Below, piece after piece: positions 11,950 through 23,025 of a stretch of 64,000 bases of DNA. Location of the stretch: positions 26,106,848-26,170,847 of the forward strand of contig CM120643.1 of assembly GCA_051362555.1 (NCBI GenBank). The letters are read 5' to 3'. The first letter of the stretch is position 1. The number at the start of each line of letters is the position of its first letter. The position numbers and the translations under genes were made by a program. This DNA is from Lingula anatina (taxonomy: Eukaryota > Animalia > Brachiopoda). The notes beneath the pieces are model-generated. The model searched no databases, was not told the DNA's origin, and worked only from the letters and a program-made list of their open reading frames with translations.

Positions 11950-14773
11950 TTCTGTGCCTGTATAGTATAGCTGTTTAAGGCCAATTTGGGCACATTTACC
12001 ACCTGCATACCTCTTTAATTGATGCACATGATTTATTTCTTTGCACTTATACGCTCTGACTCTCCAGCGTTCAGATCAAAGCTCATCTTCCTATAGTACC
12101 TTGAATACATGCACCTGACTGATTGACTTACAGATACACGCCACAATTTAGTCACCTACCAATTAGTACACTTTCAAGTAAGCAAAGTGGGAGCGACACC
12201 AGTGACACCTGGTGGCCATTCTGACTGCACTTAAACAAAGCCGACTCGTCAATACAAATCGGACAATGGATATTATTAGCCTGCGAATTAGAGTCGTCAT
12301 CCTTTGCATTACTTCACCCAAGACTTTTGCCAAGTTCATCCCTGCCCAACTCTCTCAATATCATGCTAATGCACATGAAAAACAATTTCCAGCACCATTT
12401 AAAAATTTTATCATCCAAACTGATGCGTCCAAGGACATGTTTAATAGCACAATTTCTTTCTGGAATCATTTTCCAATTCCCGCAGGCTGCCAGCATGATA
12501 AATCATCGTAATAAACACATCCAGTTGCAGGCCCCCTAGCGGTACTCGGATTAGCACACATGGGTCCCCAGGGATTCTGAAGCCAATTTTTCTTTCCATT
12601 ACATATTAATTCTGATAGTTCTTCATTTCTCTTGGCTCCACCGAGATGTGCTGAATTATCGTGAAGTTCTCAATTTCAACCAGACTGTTTCTGATGTCAA
12701 GGAAGAAATTTGCAGTGCAACTGATTTTCTGCTTTTTTCTTCTTCTCCAGGATCTTATTGCTTTGTCACATTTCCCATTGTGTCTTTTGGTGTATACTGA
12801 TTCATAGTTTGAAATCTTTGCCATCCATTAGTAGTCAGAAATGTGTAAACTGATTTTATGTTCAATGTTCTGGAACAGGATGAGCAAATCCTGACATGTT
12901 GTCTTGCCTCCCCCCCCCCCCCCCACTCTTTATCTCTCTCTCTTTCACACACATGTGCCAGCATGCACAACATGCAAACACACATATACAAAACATTATC
13001 AGCCATAACACTTCAACATCCCATTGAGTTGTTTTACAAATGTTTCCAACATGTAAAGAGGTGCACACACACTCACACAGACACACAAAAAAATATAAAA
13101 TAAACAACAACCCAAAGCAACATTTACGATAGCAAAACCCTGTCGCCTGGGGACCAACAGCGGAAGTATGAATTTTAATAAACAGTTCAAGTTCTCAATT
13201 TCAATGATTCATGGGCTGTCTGAGCTATCTCTCCAGTCAATTCAATGTTGTTTGGTTCAGCACCCAAGAGACTCGCATTTTCCCCAGTGTTTCTAGTACT
13301 TCCTAGCTCCCTGGCGATATGATCAGCCTCATCAATATACTCATTCCTGGCCACACATCAGCCACTGGGGCCCCTAGAGCTGTGTAAGTGTGTGTTCAGT
13401 TTGTTGACATGCATGGTCAGGGCCCTCCAGGGCTCACAGGCTGCGAGGAGTGGTGTGAAATGCCACGGCCAGGGTTAACAAAAAATATTGTAAAGGAATC
13501 GACAATCGTTTCTTAGTAGCTTAGATTGTTAATTATTATTGTTGATTAAGTTCCATTTCACAAAGAATATTTTTGATCATTTATTTACTCTTCTCATAGT
13601 TGTTATACAATTTTTCATAATCTTTAAACTAATTATGATATTCAAAGAAATGAGAACTACCATTTAGCAGAGTGTATGTTTGTGTGTGTATGTGTGTGTG
13701 TGTGAGCGTGGGCTAACACATGCATGCATGCAAGTTCATGCACATTTATAAAACCCCAAATTGTTATAGTACAGAAAATAAAATAAATTGCTCCCAGGAT
13801 GTCAGTGTTCTAGGAACCGACCACCCTCTAATCACAGATATCAGCAAGTCTCAGAGATTGTGTCTGTGAAATATGACAGCCCCTCCATTCCTGACTAAGA
13901 TCATTCCAAGTATTCTGGTACCATTGTTCTTTTTTCAATTGTTTATTGTCAACTTAAAGAGAAAATAGGTGAATTATGAATATTGAAATATAGCAAATTT
14001 TAACACATATAAAAATATGGCCAAACTATATAAATTGTAAATATTTAAACATTGTTTACAAAAAGTATCAAATAAAGTTTGAGATAACACAGAAAGACTG
14101 ATGGTAAAATGATTTATTCATTTTGCACTGAACAAAATTATAATATAAAATGTTCTTAAACTGTATATAGATCTTACGTAACTTAACATTTAAAAGGTGA
14201 TACTTAAAAAGGGGCTAGCACAAAAAAAAAAGAAAGAAAGTGCTTGATCGATTTTGTTTTAATGAACGTTTTGTTGAAGTCACTGGAAGTACATTTATAT
14301 CTTAAAGAAGAAGTTCTCTTAACAACATCATTAAGTCTAGCTTCACACACACACCTATAAACACAAATGCATGCACACTCATGCCTGCTTGCACGTGCGC
14401 ACACACATACACACACACACACTCACACAGACAGATAAATGCAACACAGTTATAGATATATATGTATATGGTATCCCAAAGCATGGTATGGGAATTTTTT
14501 CCACTGGGACTTCATGATGCTTGCTGTATCAGAAGGCCAATTACTGGAGATAAAACATAAAGTAGCCCGCGCCGCGGTGTGCCAAACACACAATTAGGCC
14601 ATTACCAGTGGAAGAGCTAGCTGATAATGTACAGAACATCTTGAACTTGCCAGTGCAAGCCGCGTCTGTTCAACAATGGGATCTTTCAAATTGTATTAGC
14701 ATTTCCAGCATGTTGGTTTGTTGTCTACTTCATTTCTTCATTCCAAAGCAAGTATGTATACATGATCAGACTC

Positions 14774-14776
<3 letters not shown>

Positions 14777-14835
<59 letters not shown>
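14777..14835. repeat. (TG)n microsatellite
   Basis: Seen directly. Confidence 0.95.
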
Positions 14836-14836
<1 letters not shown>

Positions 14837-15140
14837 GGGGGGGGTCTACTTGAAGTCAAAATTTGATTTTTAAGAAGGAGTATGCTATGGAGGGAAAGGG
14901 GCCCATTTTTTCAGTAAAAAAAGAAACCTAGACCTGTGGTTTTTCATCATCTCTTGTTTAAAAATGGTTAAAAAATTATTTGTCATGTCTCACAGATAAA
15001 AACGCATGCAGGATTTTGGAAATAATTAATTTTTAACTGGGTTATTAAGAATTTATTAAAGCCCACCAGTATGAGAGTACATTTCAGCAGCTGATATTTT
15101 GAATCTAGCTAAAACGTACAGCACTGTTGGCAAATCATAC

Positions 15141-15305
15141 CTGTAATACAGACAGAGTTCTTGTGGTCCATGAACACGTGTAGACTGTAGAAAGTGGTAC
15201 TGCAGCTCTCACAGGTGTATGGCTCCTCTCCCTCATCTCCCGCTACCATGGTGACATCATTGACCTTATTTGGAGATGCTGCCATGACAACAGCACTCCC
15301 TTCAC
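15141..15305 (-). CDS. ZNF423/ZNF521: ZNF423/ZNF521-like, coding exon 3 (N-terminal C2HC zinc finger)
   Basis: Acceptor cctttttAG (15307-15306) and donor ACAG|gtatga. 165 bp encoding GEGSAVVMAASPNKVNDVTMVAGDEGEEPYTCESCSTTFYSLHVFMDHKNSVCIT, matching the atypical first finger of human ZNF423 ([24 protein letters not shown]). Phase 1/1. Confidence 0.9.
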
Positions 15306-15939
15306 CTAAAAAGGAGACTGGTGATCCAAGAAAAGTTCAACAGAATATTTTTAACTACGGTGACATTAGAGAAGTTTTACAAATTATCTTGGTTGTTGTT
15401 ATCATGAAAATCTTTCACAGAGCTGACTTAAAAACTTTCCCTAAAGAGAAATGTAAAGAAAGTATATGTCACCTTCTGGGAGTATGCTTATTGCTTTGTT
15501 AAACAGTAACACCTTTTTCTCCAATTACCAGCACCTTTGAGGGTGTAGATATGCTATCAGCTTTAAAGTTGCATTTTAAATGAGCATGAACTTCCACATT
15601 TAAACCAGTTCTACTAGTGTCTTGACTTACAAAACAAATATTTAATTTTCCTGGATATTTTCAACACTTTTTCTTCAAACACCAAAATATCATTTACAAA
15701 CCCATTGAAAGAATTACGATCCATAGCATGATCAGTTTTTCCAGTGCCATGTTTCTATGCTTTCTATAGATCATTTTGTTCTCAATGGTTCTAAATATAG
15801 TACCCTGGTGATAGAGGTCTAATAGCTGTAAGTTCCAGGAAAATTAATTTCTTTGTCCATAAAGGTCTACACGCAATGTTTATCTTGCAAGGTACTTTTT
15901 CAGTTTGTTTTTTTTCTACTTGGAGTATCTGGTCCCCAC

Positions 15940-16035
15940 CTGTTGCTTGGAATGCTTCATAATCTTCCAGTTTGAGCAAGTCCTGTGGGTTGTCAACACA
16001 GGCAGTCTCTGCTTTTTCTTCTTCCTCATCTTCTC
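15940..16035 (-). CDS. ZNF423/ZNF521: ZNF423/ZNF521-like, coding exon 2 (acidic segment)
   Basis: Acceptor gttttgcAG (16037-16036) and donor ACAG|gtgggg. 96 bp encoding (R)EDEEEEKAETACVDNPQDLLKLEDYEAFQAT(G). Phase 1/1, in frame with exons 1 and 3. Confidence 0.78.
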
Positions 16036-17329
16036 CTGCAAAACATTAACAGGTAATATATGTGAAACACTAATATATGTGTATGGCCACTTTGCACGTC
16101 AACTTTTGGAAAGCAGGTTTTGCTTGTTATTTTTTTTTTTCAAATCTACCTATTTCAGGCATTGTTATTAATTGTCTAAGAATTTTTTCTCTTTTGGTAG
16201 CATATCATCATAACCATGTTACCTTGTTTTTATTTATTTATTTATTTATTTATTTTTGTGGTGGGTTAAACAATATTTCTTCAAAATACCAGCTGGAAAA
16301 AATAAATTGATTAGCATTTTTTTTTCACTCTTGAAATAGTTCAATTCCTATTGTATTTTTTTATCTTAAATATCATGTGAATTTGTTCAAATAGTGAAAA
16401 GAAAGGTTACTAGTAGGTACAGGCAGTGGACATATGGAATAGTAAATGTAATAATAAAGTACATTTCTATAATAGACACTTATACTCTACTGTACATGTC
16501 ATCCAATTTCCATAAAATAAATAGCCTTTAAAAGCACTTTCAGGACTCACAATGACCAAAAATTAAATTTATGTGACAACACGTCAAGTAAAATTGCTTT
16601 GACTCAATTATATTACTTTTTACAGTTTTACCATTTGTATATTGGACGCGTCGTAAAAAGTGGTTTTAAGTCTTCCCATTATTCTTGACTGTAAATTAAG
16701 ACATTCCCAATGAGCAGGTACTCTAGTCTGTTAACCACTTAGGGCTCTATTTACTCTCTTTTTCTGTCCTTTGAGTGGTTGTGTAGTTTAATAACTCTCA
16801 CCACTACCAGAACTTTCTTTTTAACCATTCACATAGGGATTACAGACATTTGGACTTACTGGAGTCAGATATTCAAAAATCTAATTCACAGAGCAATTGC
16901 ACAATCTATTTTCAGCAATATCAAACTTTTTTGTGAAGTAAGAATCAGAAGTGAAACATTTAAGAAAAACTTGCAGGATACACTGTGTTGCTTTTTTAAA
17001 TCTTCAATTTTGCAAATGTTTTTTGTTTCATGCAACTGTGGTTACTTGGACTAATGAACATATTTGATAATTTAAAGTAGTCTCTTAAAGGCTGGGCTCA
17101 ACTTTTTAGAATCTGTGCTGGATCTTTCTAGTCTTACTCAGAATATTGCTGATATTTTGGCCCCATAACTCCCACCCTACCTTCCTCCAAACCCATCTCT
17201 TCCTATTTCCCAGTTAAAAGGGAAATGTTACCCTCTGATCGGAGGTTTGTTTCACAACATAACTTAGGACCGAATCTTCGTCTCAACTTACAGACCATTT
17301 TTTTTTTTCATTTTGACCCAAGATTAGTC

Positions 17330-17555
17330 AGTCATAGACCCATCTCCGAGGGGTTTCTTACAAAATTACATTTAGCTGAAGTGGCTTAGATGTCTGTAGT
17401 GCCTACTTAAGCTGTTAGGGGGTTATTAACTATCGTTTAGCAGTTTCAGTAGGCGTGCCAGACATCTAAGCTGCTTAGTCTGAGTGCAACTTAACAAGAG
17501 TCCCCTCGGAGATGGATCAATCCTGTTAGATCGATCTAGGCATGGGAATGGGGTC
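17330..17555. mobile_element. Related palindromic MITE abutting the 17559-17773 copy
   Basis: Nested inverted repeats CCATCTCCGAGGGG (17340-17353)/CCCCTCGGAGATGG (17502-17515) and GCTTAGATGTCTG/CAGACATCTAAGC. Right end reads TAGATCGATCTA...TGGGAATGGGGTC. Confidence 0.65.
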
Positions 17556-17558
17556 TTA

Positions 17559-17773
17559 GACCCCATTTCCAGAGATAAGATCGATCTACTTTAGATCGAC
17601 CTAACTCCCTGGGGGTTCACGCTAAATAGCTGTCAGCCGGGCGGACACAAAAGTTAATTACCCCCTTACAGCTTGTAGTATGCAGGACGGACATTTAAGC
17701 CGGATTATCTGACACTAATCTAGTGAGACTCCCCGCGGGGATAGATCGATCTAAAAGCTCTGGGAATACAGCC
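17559..17773. mobile_element. PIF/Harbinger-like MITE (TAGATCGATCTA family)
   Basis: Imperfect TIR GACCCCATTTCCAGAG...CTCTGGGAATACAGCC with subterminal TTTTAGATCGA(C/T)CTA inverted repeats. TTA on both flanks (17556-17558, 17774-17776). Confidence 0.7.
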
Positions 17774-17985
17774 TTAGTAAACCCTTACTGAGAAAGTGTG
17801 CCTGTTTAAAACAAAAAGGATATGATTCAGGATAGACCCTACTTAATGATAAATGACTACCATGGATTTACACTAGGTTGAGGTAGACCAAACCTCTGGT
17901 GCCAAAGTGTAGATTCAACTGTTGGTCATATTATCCTTTGGAGAACTGACCCCAGTAAATGGTGACATGAGCTAGTCCTAACAAA

Positions 17986-18076
17986 GGCCCAAATCCCAAT
18001 AGACAGAGTTGAGTCAATCCACGCGATATTAGATCTTAGATCCACTTAAACCAATGGTGTCTATGGGAATGGTGTC
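17986..18076. mobile_element. Short MITE with GGCCCCATTCCCATAGACA-type termini
   Basis: GGCCCAAATCCCAATAGACA...TGTCTATGGGAATGGTGTC imperfect TIR. The same terminus, TGTCTATGGGAATGGGGCC, recurs at 58810-58828. Confidence 0.55.
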
Positions 18077-19501
18077 TCAGTGCTGCTTCTAGCGCAGCTA
18101 TCATGGCTAACCACTAAGCTAGGCCACAGTTATATAGAGCAAATCTCTTTCTTTATAAAATTAATCACACGATGACGTTCTTCAACCTCAGGTAACTGGC
18201 TAACTGGCCACCTGCTGCTGATCGCCTCCCTGTGAAGGGAGAGAATTAAGGCTTATTTATGGATTACTTCAGCATGGGGGTCTCAATGGGTGTCCTGTCC
18301 CCTGCTGGCGCTGGCTTTACAAAACAATATGTGACTGAAAATATGGTCTGAGAATATTATTCCAGAATCGGATTACTGTGTGGAAGTCCCCTAAAATGCA
18401 TGAACTAAGGTTCTAAAACACTAGTCATTATTTTGTTCATATTTTGGTGTTTTATCTTTTATTACATTGTACTGTGTATAGTTAGCATCTACTGAATGCC
18501 ACACACATAGAAAATAATAATTAAAAAACTGAAATATACCCTAAGGAACGATTTCAATAAATAAAATACAAATCAAATACTAGTATATGCAGATATATAA
18601 AGTGATTTTTTTCTCTCTTCCTTTTTTATCAGCACAAAAGGGAAGGGGTTGATTTCATTTCCTAAAAATGTCTGAAGTTAATACAATCTGCACATCTTCA
18701 TCTTTACATACCTACCTTTATGAGAAACCTTTGTTATTTTCTGCGCTCTGGGATTTGATGCAAATGTTACCAATGAGCTAGAGTACTTATGCTTTGCAAG
18801 TTCTTTGCCTAGAGGGAAATCTAGAAGCCACTGAGCTGCAGGTAAAATTGTCTGCGGATGACGCAATGAGAAAAGACAGTTTCATCTCAGCTATCTCACA
18901 GCAGGAAAGGTTTCTTGATTTGACCTTTTTGGTTATCGATTTTATGTATTGTGCTCTCCTTTCATTTCTTTTATTCTGGTATTGTTTGGAAATTCATCTT
19001 TCTTTCAATCAGGATCTTCCTAATTACGTCTTTGGATTAAATATCCTCCCTTTTTTCTCCACAATATTGGTAAATGTGATAGGCAATGATTATGTATCAC
19101 TGCAATTATCAGCTCACAGTCAAACAAAGTCAGAACACTTGCAAAATATTTATCACAACTAATAACAATTGGCAGACTGAGTAATTTCAAGAAATGAAAA
19201 GTAATTTTTTCAAAATAAAAAAGTATGAATGATTTCCTAAATGCAATTAGTGTCACTGAAACTGCTCTTAATGTTAAGCCTGTAATGCACATTTGAGAGA
19301 AATGATCAGATATAAATCATAATCTCTCTGATGTCCAATTTGCTTTTAATAAAGTACATTTCACTGTCTTGGCTAGACTTACATAACAATTTTGAGCAGC
19401 ATTTTACCTATGTACTAGTAGACGTTCCTTGCATATTCCAAACTTGACCAAAATATGGTTCTGTTAATGCTGGTATAGGCACCACCATCCCCATCACAGA
19501 A

Positions 19502-19658
19502 CCCTTAGCAAAATATCAGGCCTGCTGCAAATTGGCAGCAAATTTGCTACAATATTGCTGCAAATTGGCAGCAAGAAAAAATTTCTTGCAAGCTCCTGCA
19601 AACCTGTTTAAGTTTGCAGCAATATTGCTGCATATTTGTTGCAACATTTTGCTAAGGG
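19502..19658. mobile_element. Non-autonomous CMC/EnSpm-like MITE
   Basis: 13-bp TIR CCCTTAGCAAAAT...ATTTTGCTAAGGG, 2-bp AA on both flanks, and subterminal TTGCTGCAA/TTGCAGCAA repeats in both orientations. Superfamily is inferred from the CCC termini and 2-bp TSD. Confidence 0.75.
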
Positions 19659-19676
19659 AAGATATGGCACCAGTTT

Positions 19677-19678
<2 letters not shown>

Positions 19679-19720
<42 letters not shown>
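19679..19720. repeat. (AAT)n microsatellite
   Basis: Seen directly. Confidence 0.95.
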
Positions 19721-19721
<1 letters not shown>

Positions 19722-22337
19722 CAGGGGTTGCCTTTTGACAAGCATCCTCGTACCTTACATATTATAGTAAATTCTCTCACTCCTGTGTTAATTTTGTCTC
19801 TTTTTACTTGAAAAAATATTTCATCCCACCCTTCCCCCCCTCCCCACCATCAACTCCTTGATTCGCCAAAGATTTGTATGAGAATGGCACTACACCTACA
19901 GTACGTGGAAACACTGTAAAAAGCTGCCAAGAGCACAAAATCTGATCACCACAGAACACTCAGTAACAAAATTTACCAAAGCAACCCACTTTGTCTAACA
20001 GCTACGCCTCACCTCTCTCTTCCTCAATTGTATCCCAACACCAGTAATATAAATCACCCTGTTCAAAGCAATTCAACCCTTACCACATTGTCAAGTGAAA
20101 AGTGGTAAATGTTTTGGGTGATTTGGAGAGTTGGAACAGGACATCTTGTACTGCACTTACACCCTCAGGCTTTATTCATTGTAGGGTAATTATTCAAAAA
20201 TTCCAAATACCTTTTTTATTACAGTATTTTTTTCCTAGATATTTCTGTTTAAATTACCGAAAAGAAAGTAATTTCTTATTCCCTTTTTTAAATCCAGATT
20301 CTCTTTTTCGGGTAATGGGGTATTACTTAAAAATTGGTGTTCTGAGAGGTGAGCATTCAATTTTGTTTAAATATAGCAAGCAATTTACCATTCTTTCACT
20401 TAAAGGATAGATCTAGTGTTTACTGTTTTCTATACCTTTTTTTAAACTAACAGTTCCATTTGAAATGCTGCTGAACTGATAAAGCTATGCTGACAACAGG
20501 CAGAAATTCTTGTGTTTCTGTTTTTTTTTTTTTTAAATCTTTGCTTTGCTTAATTACCTTAATCATCCATCAAATTTTGCACAAAAATCATAATCAAACA
20601 CTTACACTTACCAAAAGATGTTATTACCATACTATACAAAAGACTGACTTGAAAACTTTGGAAAGGGAGTTTGATTCAAGCAAGAAAGTATAAAATTATA
20701 TTTTGAAAAAGAATTAACAAAGGTGAATCTTTTCAAAAAATAAAACACTGAAATGACCAAGGTGCTTGAACTTGTAAGTAATCACTATGCAATTGCAATT
20801 AAGTGGGTGCCTGCACAGCAGTTATACAGACAATCAATTTTAAAATGAAAAGCTAAATTTATCTTTGTAAATGGCATTAGTTGAGTCCACCTAAGTGACT
20901 CCAAATAATTTGTCCACACGCTTCATTGGTTTTTTTTTTTCCCAAGATGATAATGTTGGAAGAAATAAAAAGGACTAATTCCCTTAAATTTCATTGTCTA
21001 TTTTGAACTTCTATTATTTTTCCTCATAGTCACTGCTGGGAATCAGAGTTTATCGCAAAAAAGTTCTTAAAGGTTAACCTTTAGAAAAAAAAACTTAAAA
21101 ACCTCTTTGCCTCTTGTTAACATCCTTATCTCCCTTCCTTAAAATTGTGTAATAATTTGATTTTTCCTCAGTTGTTTTAAAACATCTCAAAGAACACTTC
21201 AGACTGCATGCCAGGTTGAAAAAGACTGCCTTTGTACAACTCAAGATCAGGCCTTCAGCGCAGCAAGGGGCATTTGCAGCGCTAAATAAGATCTCTGCTA
21301 CAGCAAACGCACATTCAGCACCCCATCGAGATGTCAGTTTTTTTCACATCCGACCCAACAAAAATAAACCCATTAAAATTGAAGACTAGTGGAGCTGCCA
21401 AGTACAGCTCAGCGTGCTCCCCCATCCCTCCCAACACCCTGGTGCTTTATTCATTTCCTTTTCCATTCCCTTCGACCTGGGGAGAATGCACAAACAATCT
21501 GCTTATTGTTCAGGCCTGAATGCCACCTGACTCAGAAGGGAGCCTTCAAGCCCACAGGAATTCACCCAGCCTCATTCAGGGCCTTAATCACTTGACCCCC
21601 ATGGGGCCCCGCGCTCTGGATGGACAATGCCGACTCCCACTGGGACTAGCGGATCAGAAACATTCAGGAATAGAATGAAATATTGAAATGGTCTTTTCAG
21701 ATACCATATAACTGTAATGGCTCAGTCTGTCTCTGGTGAAATAACCAGGCAATGGTGTTGAGGAAAATTATGAAAGCTGACAATCAAGGCATTACCACTG
21801 GCACAAAGGTTCTGATATATTACTGACAAAATAATGGGTATATGCATTGACTTTGTAATTTACTAAAAACAATATTGAACATGTTTCAGTTATGCTTCAC
21901 TTCTGTTATATAAGCACACACAAAAACCGACAGAATTATTTATAGCAATATCCAAATTAAAATCTCTTACTAATACTCTATTAATAGGCAACAATTAACC
22001 ACAAATCAAAGCACTGCTATTTTCACCTTCCAATCATAATTTATTGCAAAATGAATCTCTGATGGCACCTCTGACATGACAAATGTGCTTAATTATCTGT
22101 CCTTGGACAAAAAAATTTTAATACGTTTTACATCAATTAATTATGAGTTTACTTTAATTGAGTTTTAAATTGATGTAATACTGCACAGAAAAGTGTTAAC
22201 TAATTAGATGGTAACTGGAAGTTGTAATGAATCTCAATACTGACGCGTCTCCATTAACAGTAAAATAAAACCAAAAAGAACATTTTTGTACTTTAACAAG
22301 CAATTAAGAAACACAACGTTCTAATTGCTTCACTTAC

Positions 22338-22377
22338 GTTTCAGCGCCCGCGGCTTGGCTTGCTTTCTTCGTGACAT
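22338..22377 (-). CDS. ZNF423/ZNF521: ZNF423/ZNF521-like, first coding exon (NuRD-interaction motif)
   Basis: ATG TCA CGA AGA AAG CAA GCC AAG CCG CGG GCG CTG AAA C|gtaagt = MSRRKQAKPRALK. This is near-identical to the N-terminus of ZNF521 (MSRRKQAKPRSLK) and is the FOG1/SALL/BCL11-type NuRD motif. Perfect GTAAGT donor. Confidence 0.92.
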
Positions 22378-23025
22378 TGGTGTTAACGTTCACGCGTACG
22401 GCTTGAACTGTGAGGACGCTCTCCTTGCCCCCTCCTCGCTGGCTAGGTACTTGGTCTATCTTCACACGGCGTTTCTAGGAAACAGCAAGCCCCTTGGTAG
22501 AGGTACAAGAGCGTGACCAACCTGTAGCCGTAAGTCACGGTCGTCTACCTCGGCGAGATGCTCAGTCCCTTTCAGTCTCAACTACCTTCTTCGTCTTTTG
22601 CCACTAGTAAAACACCTCCGCCGCGTGCAGCCTTCAGCTTGGCTGTGAGGGCGCTACGTCATGCCTTGAATATTGAATGCTAAGCCTCCGCTGACACCCA
22701 AGTGATTTGGGCCTGCCTCGAGCGCCGCGGCAAACGTCTCCCGGGGAGATTTGAACTCAAAGAACGGACTTTGCTCCCCTGAGAACCACTTGATTACATC
22801 CTGGCAGCTCGCATTATTCCTCGGGCCTCTTGGGGCGGATTGCCAGTTCATTACAGGGTGTAATTCACCAATGAAAACCGCGGTCCCAGTAGGGTTCCGA
22901 TCAATCATCCTCCCCGCTCACCATGTGTAAACACTCGCCGCCTGCACATGCGCCGTAGCAGACGACTCCTGTGGAGAGCTCGATAGAGGGCGTACCGTCC
23001 TGCCAAGACGAGGAAATGTCGGGTT
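22378..23025 (-). promoter_or_regulatory. GC/CpG-rich 5' UTR and promoter of the ZNF423/521-like gene
   Basis: CpG-rich block directly upstream of the ATG. Contains RFX-like GTTTCTAGGAAAC (22471-22483), EBF-like TCCCCTGAGA (22775-22784), forkhead TGTAAACA (22926-22933) and NRF1-like TGCACATGCGC (~22943-22953). The TSS cannot be pinned down. Confidence 0.6.

Noticed and set aside
15194-15502. 102-aa plus-strand ORF
   Set aside because: It is the antisense shadow of the real minus-strand zinc-finger exon 15141-15305.
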